Shown here: positions 28,408-38,633 of the stretch, piece by piece | Layout: each line of letters opens with the position of its first letter | How positions within the stretch are numbered: the first letter of the stretch is position 1 | Origin: Syntrophorhabdaceae bacterium | Lineage (GTDB): Bacteria; Desulfobacterota; Syntrophorhabdia; Syntrophorhabdales; Syntrophorhabdaceae | Length of the DNA: 64,000 nt | Reading direction: 5' to 3' | Assembly (NCBI GenBank): GCA_963665295.1 | Contig: OY762209.1 | Location: 4,896,001-4,960,000, forward strand | Program-made: the position numbers and the translations under genes | The notes under the pieces: generated by a model | What the model was told of the DNA's origin: nothing | The model's database searches: none | What the model saw: only the letters and a program-made list of their open reading frames with translations

Positions 28408-29772
28408 TTATCGCCGCTCTTCGTCCCTCGCCGACGGGCCTATCCCCGCCTCTTTGAGGTTCGCTACCACCACAATGACCGGCTTCTCCGGATCGAGATA
28501 CGTCCTGGCCACCCTGAGAACGTCTTCCCGGCTGACCCCGTCGATGAGTGCCGGATACCATACCGCATAGTCCATGCCCAGACCATAAAACTCAACGGCG
28601 AGAAGAAACTGGGCCAGCTTGGCCTGGCTGTCGAAACGCATGGGGAAGCTCCCCGTAAGGTACCTCTTGGCCTTTTCAAGCTCGACTCCGGACACAGGTT
28701 CTCTCCGCATCCTCTCCATTTCTTTGAGCACCAGGTCGATCGCTTCACGGGCGGACGCGTTCTTTGTCTGAAGGGCGACCTCAAAGGCGCCCGGAAGCTT
28801 CCCCGCTTCGAACTCGCTCGAAACCGCGTAGGCCAATCCCTTACTGTTACGGATGGACGCCGTGAGCCTCGATGAAGATCCACCGCCCAGGATGTGGTTC
28901 ATCACCGTCACCGCGAGATAATCGGGGTTATCTCTGCTCAAGCCCCGGTTTCCTATGATAATACTCGCCTGGGTAACGGGTTTGTCCACGGTAACGGTTA
29001 CGGGTCCTTTGCGGTAGGGGCCTGCCGAAAGCTTTTCCAGGGCTTTTGCGTGCGGCCATTTCTCCAGAAGAGGGATAATTTTTGACTTGACCTCGGCAGA
29101 CGTGATATCCCCCGTGATCGCCATGATTGCGTTATTGGGACCATAATAGTCGTGATAAAATTTTAAGACCTTTGCCCTGTCGAGACCGGGCAGGGATTCC
29201 CGCGTTCCTTCCTCGGGGTGCCCGTAGGGGGTTTTGAGAAAGAGAGCACTGTCAAAGGTGTCGGCGGCCATCTGTCCGGGGTCCTCTTCCTTGAGCTTGA
29301 TCCCGGAAAGGGTCCTTTCAACCTCCCGTCGTATCTCGTCTTCGGGAAAGACGGAGAGTGTAAGGGTTTCAAAAAAAAGGCCGAACGCCCGGTCAAGGTC
29401 CTTTTTCAGGAAGCGCAGGTTAATGCTCGCATAGTCCTTGCCTGCGGTGGCGGAAAGGGAAGCCGCCAGGAGGTCGAGGTCCCGGTTAATGCGGGAGACC
29501 GTCAACTCCCGGGTGCCAAAGAGAAGACCCCGCGCGGTGAGACGGGCCAACCCCTCCTCGCGGGGAGGATCATTCTTCGATCCCGCGTCAACGAGAAGCC
29601 TCATGGTAACAAAAGGAAGGGTATGTTCCTCGGCGAGGAGGACCACGAGGCCGTTGGCAAGTTGCAGCCGCGCAAACCGCGGGCCCTTATCCGCTGCCCG
29701 GGCTCCGTTCCAAAGGAAAGTGATAAGCAGAAGAGGGATGGCGACGAGGGCGACAATGCGTTTCGGGTTCAA
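28408..29772 (-). CDS. M16 peptidase, non-catalytic partner subunit
   Basis: LANGLVV, AGS, ILGGG.SSRL...GLAY; lacks HxxEH. Confidence 0.9.
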   Translation of the reverse strand: MNPKRIVALVAIPLLLITFLWNGARAADKGPRFARLQLANGLVVLLAEEHTLPFVTMRLLVDAGSKNDPPREEGLARLTARGLLFGTRELTVSRINRDLDLLAASLSATAGKDYASINLRFLKKDLDRAFGLFFETLTLSVFPEDEIRREVERTLSGIKLKEEDPGQMAADTFDSALFLKTPYGHPEEGTRESLPGLDRAKVLKFYHDYYGPNNAIMAITGDITSAEVKSKIIPLLEKWPHAKALEKLSAGPYRKGPVTVTVDKPVTQASIIIGNRGLSRDNPDYLAVTVMNHILGGGSSSRLTASIRNSKGLAYAVSSEFEAGKLPGAFEVALQTKNASAREAIDLVLKEMERMRREPVSGVELEKAKRYLTGSFPMRFDSQAKLAQFLLAVEFYGLGMDYAVWYPALIDGVSREDVLRVARTYLDPEKPVIVVVANLKEAGIGPSARDEERR

Positions 29773-29785
29773 GATGATCCGCCTC

Positions 29786-31156
29786 CTATCTGGTCAGATG
29801 CTCTTTCGAGGGTACCACGGGCCGCGCGGGCAGGCCCTCTTTCGAGGGCAGGGGCACGAGAATACCCACCGTCCTGTTTTCCGGAACAAGGTAGCGCCCC
29901 GCGACCCTCATGATATCTTGAGGGGTAACCCTCCGGATGGCAGGGATGTAATCATCTATCCGCCTCCAATCCACGGCTGTTTCATGTTGTCCCAGCAGGA
30001 GGGCCTGGTAGAACAACGAATCCTGCCCGTATACAAAGGCCGCTTCAGCCTGGTTCTTCGCCTTTTCCAGTTCCTCCGGGGATACCGGTTCCTTTCTGAG
30101 CCTTTCCATCTCCTCATCCACGGCCTTTTCTATGTCCGTTGCCTCCTTGTTTGCAAGGGCGCTCACGGACAGGGAAAAGAGGCCCGGGTCCCTGGACAGA
30201 AGTGAATTGTCGGCGTCCACGTAGAGGGCCAGCCTCTTTTCCCTCACGAGTTTCTCGTAGAGCCTCGAACTCTTGCCCCCGGAAAGGATTCCTTCTATCA
30301 CTTCGAGGACGTAGCCGTCGGGGTCCCTGAGATTCGGCACATGGTAGGCCATGGAGAGATAGGGCAGCTCCGCTTCCCGCTTGACGACCAGCCGCCGCTC
30401 CCCTGTCTGGGGTTGCTCCGTTGGCGCCGACGGCCCCGGGACCGGACCCTTCGGGATCGAGCCGAAGGCCTTCGATATCCTTTCGAAAATCTCCTCCGTC
30501 CTGAAGTCTCCCACTGCGATGATGAACGCGTTTCCGGGGTTGTAAAAGGCCCGGTAGTAAGTCTTGAGGTCGTCGAGGGTATAGCGCTCTATATCCTCCA
30601 TCCATCCGATGATGGGCCAGTGATAAGGCTGTATCTGGAAGGCGGCGGCCTCGATCTGTTCCTCAATGTACGCCTGGGGGTTATCGGCAGTGCGAAGCCT
30701 CCGTTCCTCCATGACCACCATCCGTTCCGTCCGGAAATCTTCCTCTTTGAGCAGGAGGTTCTGCATCCGGTCCGCCTCCAGACTGATGGGCGTTTCCACG
30801 CGGTCTTGGCTGAGGGTGGTGAAGTAAACGGTATAATCCTGGGTGGTGCCCGCGTTTTCGTTTCCCCCGTTCTCCTCCACGATTCGGGAAAATTCCTCGG
30901 GTCCGAACTTTCCTGTCCCTTTGAACATCATGTGTTCAAGCATATGGGAAAGGCCCGTCTTCCCCCACGCCTCGTTTCTCGACCCCGCGCGGTACCAGAC
31001 CTGGAAGGTCACCACCGGCGCCTTGTGGTTTTCGAGGAGGATAACCTTGAGGCCGTTGGGAAGGACCTTTTCAACAACCTGCTCCTTAAGGCCTTCTGCC
31101 GATAAGGGGACCGCAAACAGCCAAAGAAAAAAAACCACCACACCTATTCGCGTCAT
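29786..31156 (-). CDS. M16 zinc peptidase, catalytic subunit
   Basis: GLSHMLEHMMFKGT (HxxEH), EERR; signal peptide. Confidence 0.93.
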   Translation of the reverse strand: MTRIGVVVFFLWLFAVPLSAEGLKEQVVEKVLPNGLKVILLENHKAPVVTFQVWYRAGSRNEAWGKTGLSHMLEHMMFKGTGKFGPEEFSRIVEENGGNENAGTTQDYTVYFTTLSQDRVETPISLEADRMQNLLLKEEDFRTERMVVMEERRLRTADNPQAYIEEQIEAAAFQIQPYHWPIIGWMEDIERYTLDDLKTYYRAFYNPGNAFIIAVGDFRTEEIFERISKAFGSIPKGPVPGPSAPTEQPQTGERRLVVKREAELPYLSMAYHVPNLRDPDGYVLEVIEGILSGGKSSRLYEKLVREKRLALYVDADNSLLSRDPGLFSLSVSALANKEATDIEKAVDEEMERLRKEPVSPEELEKAKNQAEAAFVYGQDSLFYQALLLGQHETAVDWRRIDDYIPAIRRVTPQDIMRVAGRYLVPENRTVGILVPLPSKEGLPARPVVPSKEHLTR

Positions 31157-31590
31157 GTTATTACGACCTCCCGGACCGGGATTGTACAGGGTTACTCCCG
31201 GGTTTCCCAATGTGAAGACCCAATTCATACCTAACACTTAAAATCTTCATGGTCAAGTCCCGATTCTCGCGAGGTCGATCCCGAAGAAGGGCGCATTCAC
31301 ACGGCTGCGGAGCCCTCTTCTTATGGTTGAAGTTCCCCGGTGAACCGTTCCTTATCGTTTTCCCGACGGACACCAAAGGTGCAACAGTTCAAACCCTGTG
31401 GTAACAGGCTTCTTCGGGCGCCGGTCGTAAGACCCCGCAGGGTCGATATCTCTCGGTCTCCGGAGGAGGTCACCCGCCGTCAGGGCGCGGGACGGGCGAC
31501 CGCTTATGCATATTTCCACTCCTTTTTTTGAAAAACCCATGTGATTCTGTTATATAATAGCGGCAAGAGCCGCGAGGCATAAGGAGACTG

Positions 31591-33588
31591 ATGGCGCGAT
31601 ACAGGGTAAAATTCCTTCCCATGGACAGGGTGTTTCAGGCTGAAGAGGGCGAAAACCTCCTCGATCTCGCCATGAGGTCGGGGGTCCACATCAATGCCTC
31701 CTGCGGCGGGAACGGCGCCTGCGGAAAATGCCGTGTCACCCTGAGGGAGGGCAAGGTCGATTCTCCCGCCCACCGGACCATATCTGCGGACGAATATACT
31801 TCGGGAGTGCGGCTCGCATGCATGACCTCAATCCGCGGGAACGTCACAGTGGAAGTACCTCTCGAATCCCAGGTGGACAGGGCGGCACTGAAGAGACGCC
31901 GGGAGGCCCCTCACATCCTCTCGCCCGCCGACATCGGAAAGCTCGTGACGGGAATGGAGATCAATCCCGTCGTTACCAAGATATATGTGGATTTGCCCGA
32001 ACCGACCGCTCAGGACAATATATCGGACCTCTCCCGGCTGATCCGGGAGATTAAGGCGCAGTGCGGTGTGGATGTCCTTTCCGTCGATTTCAGGATGTTG
32101 AGGCGGCTGAGCGGAACATTGAGAGATGCCGGGTGGAAGGTCACCGCCACCACAGCGGCCCAAGACACGGGCCACGTGCTGATCAATGTGGAGGCGGGGG
32201 ACAGGACCCTTGAGAACTATTCCATCATAATCGATATCGGCACCACAACTATATGCGGCCAACTTCTCGACCTTGCGAACTGCAGCGTGGTGCGCGTGAC
32301 CGAACACAGGGAGAATGGCCGGGACCTCTGCACCCTTTCCGAATCCTCCGACTTCAACGGCCAGGTGAGCTTCGGCGAGGACGTGATATCGAGAATAGTC
32401 TTTTCCCAGAAAGAAGGGGGGCTGCGGCAACTCCAGGAGGCCGTGGTCAAGACCATAGACAGGATCATAGGAGAACTCCTCGAGTCCGCGCAGATCGACC
32501 CGGGTCTCATATCCCATGTCATCCTTGCAGGGAACACGACCATGACCCACCTCGTGCTCGGTATGGACCCCAAATACATCATGCACGCGCCTTACACTCC
32601 CACGGCGACCTTCGTGCCGCCTGTCAGGGTCGCGGGACTCGGGATAAACCTCGGCGACCACATCCATGCCTACACCTTCCCCTCCGTTGCCTCCTACGTG
32701 GGAGGGGATATCGTTTCGGGGGTCCTGGGTTCCGGCATGTTCCAGAGGGAGGAGACCACCCTTTTTATGGACATAGGAACGAACGGCGAGATCGTGCTCG
32801 GCAATAAGGACTGGCTCACGTCGGCATCCTGCTCCGCGGGTCCCGCCTTCGAGGGCGGAGGCATCGAGTTCGGCATGAGGGCGGGCAAAGGCGCCATAGA
32901 GCAGGTCAGGATCAACCCGTCCACCTATGAGCCCATGATCCTTACCGTGGGAAAGGTCAAGCCCATGGGCATATGTGGATCGGGTCTCATCGACATCGTT
33001 GCGGAGCTTTTCCTCACCGGCCTCATAGACCGGCGTGGAAAATTCGAGAGGCCGGCAAGGACCCGAAGGGTCAGGTCAGGCAAGAGCGGGAATGAATATG
33101 TGGTAAGTTATGGGCCTGATACGGGAATAGGCAGGGATATCGTCATCACCGAAGTCGATATCGATAACCTCATCCGGACAAAAGCGGCGGTCTACGCAGG
33201 TTGCAGGGTCCTCCTCGACAACCTCGGCCTCACCTTCCATGATGTCGACTCGGTGATTATTGCGGGGGGCTTCGGCCACTATATCGACCTCGAAAAGGCC
33301 ATCGCCATCGGCCTTCTCCCCGGACTGCCTCTGAAGAAGTTCAGGTTCGTGGGCAACGGCGCGCTCCTCGGAGCGCGCCTCGTCTCCTTTTCAAAAGGGT
33401 TTGTGAAAGAAGCGGAGAGGATCGCGCGCATGATGACCAATATCGAGCTTTCCCAGAGTCCGACGTTCATGGACGAGTTTGTGGCAGCCATGTTCCTGCC
33501 GCACACGGACGAGAAGGCCTTCCCGAAAATTACGGAATTGTTGAAAAGTACCCATGGAACACAAAAACCGGTAACCAAGGACGGGTAA
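31591..33588 (+). CDS. acsV: Reductive activator of corrinoid Fe-S protein (RACo, ASKHA ATPase with N-terminal 2Fe-2S)
   Basis: CGGNGACGKC...RLAC, DIGTTT, DIGTNGE, SAGPAFEG, GICGSG. Confidence 0.92.
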   Translation: MARYRVKFLPMDRVFQAEEGENLLDLAMRSGVHINASCGGNGACGKCRVTLREGKVDSPAHRTISADEYTSGVRLACMTSIRGNVTVEVPLESQVDRAALKRRREAPHILSPADIGKLVTGMEINPVVTKIYVDLPEPTAQDNISDLSRLIREIKAQCGVDVLSVDFRMLRRLSGTLRDAGWKVTATTAAQDTGHVLINVEAGDRTLENYSIIIDIGTTTICGQLLDLANCSVVRVTEHRENGRDLCTLSESSDFNGQVSFGEDVISRIVFSQKEGGLRQLQEAVVKTIDRIIGELLESAQIDPGLISHVILAGNTTMTHLVLGMDPKYIMHAPYTPTATFVPPVRVAGLGINLGDHIHAYTFPSVASYVGGDIVSGVLGSGMFQREETTLFMDIGTNGEIVLGNKDWLTSASCSAGPAFEGGGIEFGMRAGKGAIEQVRINPSTYEPMILTVGKVKPMGICGSGLIDIVAELFLTGLIDRRGKFERPARTRRVRSGKSGNEYVVSYGPDTGIGRDIVITEVDIDNLIRTKAAVYAGCRVLLDNLGLTFHDVDSVIIAGGFGHYIDLEKAIAIGLLPGLPLKKFRFVGNGALLGARLVSFSKGFVKEAERIARMMTNIELSQSPTFMDEFVAAMFLPHTDEKAFPKITELLKSTHGTQKPVTKDG

Positions 33589-33598
33589 GGAGCAATAT

Positions 33599-34351
33599 AT
33601 GCCTAAAATATTAGCGTTTGCAGGAAAAGGCGGAGTAGGAAAGACCACTATCGGGGGGATGCTCATACGATACCTCGTGGAGGAAGTCAAAAACGGTCCC
33701 GTCCTCGCAGTGGACGGGGACCCCAATTCCAACCTCAATGAAGTGCTGGGTCTCACCTTTCACGATACCATCGGCGGGGCGCGGGAGCTCATGAAAAAGG
33801 ACGTGCCCCCGGGCATGACCAAGGACGTGTGGTTCGAGTACAAAGTAAACCAGGCGATCGTGGAAGGAAAAGGTTTCGACCTCCTTGTCATGGGCAGGCC
33901 GGAGGGACCGGGATGCTATTGCGCGGCCAACAGCCTTGCAAAAAAATCCATAGAAACGTTGAAGGACAATTATGCCTTCGTGGTGGTTGACAACGAGGCA
34001 GGTATGGAGCATATGAGCAGGCTCGTCACCCAGGACGTAGACCACCTTTATGTGATCTCCGACGCTAACCCGAGAGGGCTCACCACGGCAAAGAGGATTC
34101 TCGAACTCGCGGGGGAACTGAAGCTCAACATCGCGAACACCCACCTGATAGTCAACCGGCTGCGGGAAGAAAGCAGGGAGACCCTGGCGGGGTTTGTCCT
34201 CGAAAAGGGCCTGAACGTGAAAGGAACGATCCGCGACGACGGCGCAATAGTGAAAGCCGATGCCGCGGGCGTATCCGTCTTCGATCTGCCCCTGGGTTCT
34301 CCGGCACTAACGGACGCCTACAGGATATTCAAAGAGACGCTGAAAGCGTAG
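33599..34351 (+). CDS. acsF: CooC/AcsF nickel-insertion ATPase
   Basis: GKGGVGKT, GPGCYC, DNEAGMEH. Confidence 0.92.
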   Translation: MPKILAFAGKGGVGKTTIGGMLIRYLVEEVKNGPVLAVDGDPNSNLNEVLGLTFHDTIGGARELMKKDVPPGMTKDVWFEYKVNQAIVEGKGFDLLVMGRPEGPGCYCAANSLAKKSIETLKDNYAFVVVDNEAGMEHMSRLVTQDVDHLYVISDANPRGLTTAKRILELAGELKLNIANTHLIVNRLREESRETLAGFVLEKGLNVKGTIRDDGAIVKADAAGVSVFDLPLGSPALTDAYRIFKETLKA

Positions 34352-34390
34352 CGGAGAGGGTGCTGCATGGTCGAGCGGCGAGGATTTTTG

Positions 34391-34594
34391 TGTTCACTTG
34401 GACAGACTGCGGCATGGAACGAAAATTCCATATGCACCACTCTGCAAAGGGCCGCGTGCTCTGGCGTACCGAAGTACGCCGACGCCCAGCAACCCTTCAC
34501 AGCCCGGCACATCCGAAATCTCCGCCCCGTGCCGCAGTCTACTCCACCCGTCGCTATTAATTCTTTAATTAATGGATGCCGGAGAAACAAGACC
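34391..34594 (+). repeat. ~200-nt structured repeat, copy 1 (MITE/REPIN-like)
   Basis: Homologous to the reverse complement of 34808-35010; internal stems agactgcggcatgg/ccgtgccgcagtct and ggcgtac-cgaa-gtacgcc. Confidence 0.85.
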
Positions 34595-34687
34595 TCGGCT
34601 TGCGTTGGGCACTATCATAGAGTCCAGGTTTAACCTTGGATGCACTTCTTTTCTTCAACGAGGCTTCCGATTGGGAGAGTCAATAAC

Positions 34688-34785
34688 GTGCAAAATTTGC
34701 AGGCGGTAGATTTTTTCTGCGGAGCGGGAGGAGTTACCTGCGGGTTTAGGCAAGCAGGAATAGACATTCTCGAGGGTGGGATCGT
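34688..34785 (+). pseudogene. N-terminal stub of a C5 DNA cytosine methyltransferase
   Basis: VQNLQAVDFFCGAGGVTCGFRQAGIDIL contains motif I (FxGxGG); GGGAG upstream; truncated by repeat copy 2. Confidence 0.8.
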
Positions 34786-34807
34786 CCGCAAAACCTTCGC
34801 ACCCTCT

Positions 34808-35010
34808 GGTTCTATTTTCCCGGCATCCTTGTCAAAAATAAATCAATTGATGCCGGGCTGAGTGGCCGGCGGCATGGAGGGGAAGGCCCAGGTGTGCCGC
34901 GCTGTGAAGGGTCGAGGGCGTCGGCGTACCTTCGTATGCCAGAGCACCGACCCTTTGCAGAGTGGTGCAGATGGGCCTTCCCCTCCATGCGCCAGCCGTC
35001 CAAGTGAACA
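34808..35010 (-). repeat. ~200-nt structured repeat, copy 2 (inverted)
   Basis: Shares tgttcacttggac, tgcaccactctgcaaaggg, gtacgccgacgccc, acccttcacagc and ggatgccgg blocks with copy 1. Confidence 0.85.
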
Positions 35011-35269
35011 ATAGACAAACAGCATATCACCCGACAAACAGTACCCCACAGCCCAATGTTTCTCAACCTCGCGTTGAAATTTATCACCCCTAAGTTGCTT
35101 TCAATATTTCGGATAAGTTGTTATAATAGGGGCAATCGGACAACGGCAAAGATGCATCTGGCTGCCAATTCGGTCAGTTCATTCCACTCGTCTTCATGTG
35201 CCACGAAGGATCAAGGGGGATGAACATTCTTTTGTGACCGGCCGCTTTCCGGTCCGAAGAGGAGGGCGC

Positions 35270-35485
35270 GTGAGCGACTATCAATACGACGAGAAAGAAG
35301 GCTTCGACGGCAAAAAAGTCAGGGTCTTGGGGCCTACCTACGAAGCGGGCAAACCCGAGGGCAAAGATGACTGGACGGCAAAGCTCGACACCAGGGAAAA
35401 GGCCATGGACTACCTGAAGACAGCCCTTCGCTACTGGTACAGCAAGGACTGGTTCGGGAGCGAAAAGAGGAAGAAGGAGGCATAA
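35270..35485 (+). CDS. Small acs-cluster protein (71 aa), function unknown
   Basis: AGGAGG RBS with GTG; coding-like bias; LRYWYS..WFGSE.RK C-terminus; first gene before acsD. Confidence 0.8.
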   Translation: MSDYQYDEKEGFDGKKVRVLGPTYEAGKPEGKDDWTAKLDTREKAMDYLKTALRYWYSKDWFGSEKRKKEA

Positions 35486-35642
35486 TTCCAAACGATGATA
35501 CCAAGGCGTGAGGAAGAGGCCCGAAAGCATGCACAGCGTCATTTTAGCACGCACGGCGTGCGAGAAGGGGAGGCTCGACCGGCTTTTGCCGGACGAGGGG
35601 GCGACCAAGCCCCATTAATATGGGCGTAAAAGGAGGAGAAAT

Positions 35643-36587
35643 ATGTCATTTCAGATCCCCAAAATAGATTATACGGGCCGCGTGAAGGAAGTCACCATAG
35701 GGACGGGTGCAAAAGCGGTAAAGGTTGGCGGAGAGTCGTGCTATCCTTTCTATCTCTTCGAGGGAAAGATGCCCTTCCCGCCCAGGGTAGCCTTCGAGGT
35801 GTGGGATTATGCGCCTGAAGACTGGCCCGATTGGGCAGCGGAACCTTTTAAAGATGTAATGCATGACCCCATCGCATGGGCCCGGAAGTCTATCGACGTC
35901 TACGGAGCGGAGATAATCGCCCTCGTGCTGAAGAGCGCCGACCCCAACGGACTGGACAGGGACGTGGAGGAGTCGGTAAAGGTCGTGAAAAGCGTTTCGG
36001 AAGCCATCGATGTTCCCCTGATCGTATGGGGCACCGTAAATGAGGAGAAGGACGCCGCATTGCTCCGGAGGGTAGCCGAAACCTGTGAAGGACAAAATGT
36101 CGTCGTGGGCCCCGTGGCGGAGAAGAATTACAAGCAGATAGGCGCCATGGTCATAGGATACGGTCAGGTGGTTGCCGCGTCCTCCCCTATAGACGTGAAC
36201 CTCGCGAAGCAATTGAATATCCTCCTCGGCAACCTCGGTGTGCCCGACGACAGGATCATTATCGACCCCACCACGGGTGGACTCGGCTACGGCCTTGAAT
36301 ATACCTATTCGGTAATGGAACGAGACAGGATGGCGGCCCTTACTCAGGAGGACGTGAAGCTTCAATACCCCATTATCTGCAACCTGGCCCCGGAAGTCTG
36401 GAAGACACGGGAAGCCCGGCTCACAAGAGAGGACGATCCCAAACTCGGGGACGAGACAAAACGGGCCGTGCTCCTTGAAGCCGTGAGCGCCATGAGTCTC
36501 CTTCTCGCGGGCGCGGATATTGTGATAATGCGGCATCCCGACGGGATCTCCCTCGTCAAGGATATGATCAGGGAATTGATGGGCTAG
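35643..36587 (+). CDS. acsD: Corrinoid Fe-S protein small subunit
   Basis: SPIDVNLAKQLN, DPTTGGLGYGLEY.YSVMER, GADI..MRHP. Confidence 0.96.
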   Translation: MSFQIPKIDYTGRVKEVTIGTGAKAVKVGGESCYPFYLFEGKMPFPPRVAFEVWDYAPEDWPDWAAEPFKDVMHDPIAWARKSIDVYGAEIIALVLKSADPNGLDRDVEESVKVVKSVSEAIDVPLIVWGTVNEEKDAALLRRVAETCEGQNVVVGPVAEKNYKQIGAMVIGYGQVVAASSPIDVNLAKQLNILLGNLGVPDDRIIIDPTTGGLGYGLEYTYSVMERDRMAALTQEDVKLQYPIICNLAPEVWKTREARLTREDDPKLGDETKRAVLLEAVSAMSLLLAGADIVIMRHPDGISLVKDMIRELMG

Positions 36588-36600
36588 AAGGGGGTTCGAT

Positions 36601-38547
36601 ATGGGCGAGGAAAAGACAAGAAGTATAGACAAGGCAACTGTGCAGATCCTTGAAAAAGCGGACAAGGAGCAGATCAGCACCGTGTTTTCAAGGGCTGACG
36701 AGATTAAACCCTGCCCCATAGGGGTCGAGGAGAGTTGCTGTAAGATATGCGCCATGGGCCCTTGCAGGCTCCCCCGTTCGAAGAAGGGGGAGGAAAAGGC
36801 AAGAAGGGGCGTGTGCGGCGCCACCATCGAAACCGTGGTGGCAAGGAACTTCGCGAGAAAGATCGCGGCCGGGGCAGCTTCTCACTCCGACCATGCGCGG
36901 GAGGTAGTGGAAACCTTCCTCCAGGCCGCCAAGGGCGAAGCCCAGGGATTTACAATTAAAGATGAGGTGAAACTCTTCGAGGTCGCCCTTGACTTCGGCA
37001 TAGAGGTGGAGGGCAAGACGACGAAGGAGATCGCCGTGGAGCTTGGCACCAGGGCGCTCAACGAATTCGGAAAGCAGCACGGCGAACTGACCTACGTGGC
37101 CAAGGCGCCTCTCAAAAGGCAGGAAATATGGAAAAAACAGGGCGTGACTCCGAGGGGCGTTGACCGGGAAGTGGTGGAGATCATGCACAGGACCCATATG
37201 GGTGTTGACCAGGATTACGTGCATATCCTCGAACAGGCGACCCGCTGCGCCCTTGCGGACGGATGGGGCGGGTCCATGATATCCACCGACCTGCAGGACA
37301 TAATGTTCGGCACCCCCGTACCCGTCATAGGAAGCATAAACCTCGGGGTCCTGAAAGAGGATGAGGTAAACATCGTGGTCCACGGCCATGAGCCCCTTCT
37401 CCCCGAAATGCTCGTAATCGCAAGCCGCGATCCTGAAATAAAGAGACTCGCCGAAAAGGCGGGGGCAAAGGGTATCAACCTCGCAGGCATGTGCTGTTCC
37501 GCGAACGAGGTGCTCATGAGGCACGGCATCCCCTGCGCGGGGAACTTCCTCCAGCAGGAACTCGCCCTCATCACGGGCGCAGTGGAACTGATGACCGTCG
37601 ACGTGCAATGCCAGATGCAAGGACTTCAGGATGTGGCGTCCTGTTTCCACACAAAACTGGTTACCACCTCGGACAGGGCCAAGATCGAGGGTGCCTCCCA
37701 CATGGAGTTCCACCCCGATACAGGTCTCGATACGGCGAAGAAGATACTCAGAATGGCCATCGAGAACTACCCCATGAGACGCGGGCCGGTTGTTATTCCC
37801 AGGATTACCGAGGACATGGTGGCGGGTTTCAGCCACGAAACGATCAATTACCTCCTGGGAGGTCTCTTCCGGGCGAGCTACAGGCCCCTCAACGATAACA
37901 TCATCAATGGCAGGATACGGGGAGTGGCGGGCGTGGTAGGATGCAACAACGTGCGCACCGTCCATGATTCCGCCCATGTCGCCATGATCAAGGAACTGAT
38001 AAAGAACGACGTCCTGGTTCTGACCACGGGTTGCGCGGCCATGGCGTGCGGAAAAGAAGGACTCCTGGCCCCCGAAGCGGCGAAACAATACGCGGGGGCG
38101 GGACTCGCCGAAGTCTGCGAGGCCGTAGGCATACCTCCCGTGCTCCACATGGGGGCGTGCGTCGATAATTCGAGGATACTGATCGCGGCGACGGCGATGG
38201 TAAAGGAAGGCGGGCTCGGCGATGACTTGAGCGATCTGCCCGTGGCCGGAGCGGCCCCGGAATGGATGAGCGAAAAGGCCCTTGCCATAGGCCAGTACTT
38301 CGTAGCTTCAGGCGTCTTCACCGTGTTCGGTACCACATGGCCCACCTCGGGAAGCGACAAGGTGACCCGTCACCTCTTCGAGGAATTCGAGGATATTTAC
38401 AGGGCCACGTGGGCTTACGAGACAGACCCCGTGAAGGCGGCCCACCTTATGATCGAGCACATCGACAAGAAGAGAAAAGCCCTTGGCCTTGAAAAGGCGC
38501 GGGAACGCGTCCTCTTCGATATGGCCATGCGAAGGGCCCTGACGTAA
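36601..38547 (+). CDS. acsA: Anaerobic Ni-CO dehydrogenase catalytic subunit
   Basis: CCKICAMGPC, HGHEP, GMCCSANE, VDVQC, GCNN, HMGACVDNSR, WMSEKA. Confidence 0.97.
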   Translation: MGEEKTRSIDKATVQILEKADKEQISTVFSRADEIKPCPIGVEESCCKICAMGPCRLPRSKKGEEKARRGVCGATIETVVARNFARKIAAGAASHSDHAREVVETFLQAAKGEAQGFTIKDEVKLFEVALDFGIEVEGKTTKEIAVELGTRALNEFGKQHGELTYVAKAPLKRQEIWKKQGVTPRGVDREVVEIMHRTHMGVDQDYVHILEQATRCALADGWGGSMISTDLQDIMFGTPVPVIGSINLGVLKEDEVNIVVHGHEPLLPEMLVIASRDPEIKRLAEKAGAKGINLAGMCCSANEVLMRHGIPCAGNFLQQELALITGAVELMTVDVQCQMQGLQDVASCFHTKLVTTSDRAKIEGASHMEFHPDTGLDTAKKILRMAIENYPMRRGPVVIPRITEDMVAGFSHETINYLLGGLFRASYRPLNDNIINGRIRGVAGVVGCNNVRTVHDSAHVAMIKELIKNDVLVLTTGCAAMACGKEGLLAPEAAKQYAGAGLAEVCEAVGIPPVLHMGACVDNSRILIAATAMVKEGGLGDDLSDLPVAGAAPEWMSEKALAIGQYFVASGVFTVFGTTWPTSGSDKVTRHLFEEFEDIYRATWAYETDPVKAAHLMIEHIDKKRKALGLEKARERVLFDMAMRRALT

Positions 38548-38633
38548 CGGACAGACGTAGACCTGCGGCCAGGGAGCCCCGATGGGGGTAAAAGCGGCCG
38601 TTGGCTGGTGATAGTTCTTAGAGGAGGCTTTCA

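Noticed and set aside
31240..31590. Cobalamin riboswitch upstream of acsV
   Set aside because: No B12-box or GGGAA core found, and the probable -10 (TATAAT ~31553) leaves too short a leader.
34360..35087. Small ORFs containing HHSAKGR on both strands
   Set aside because: They are translations of the inverted repeat copies and their frames are not conserved between copies.
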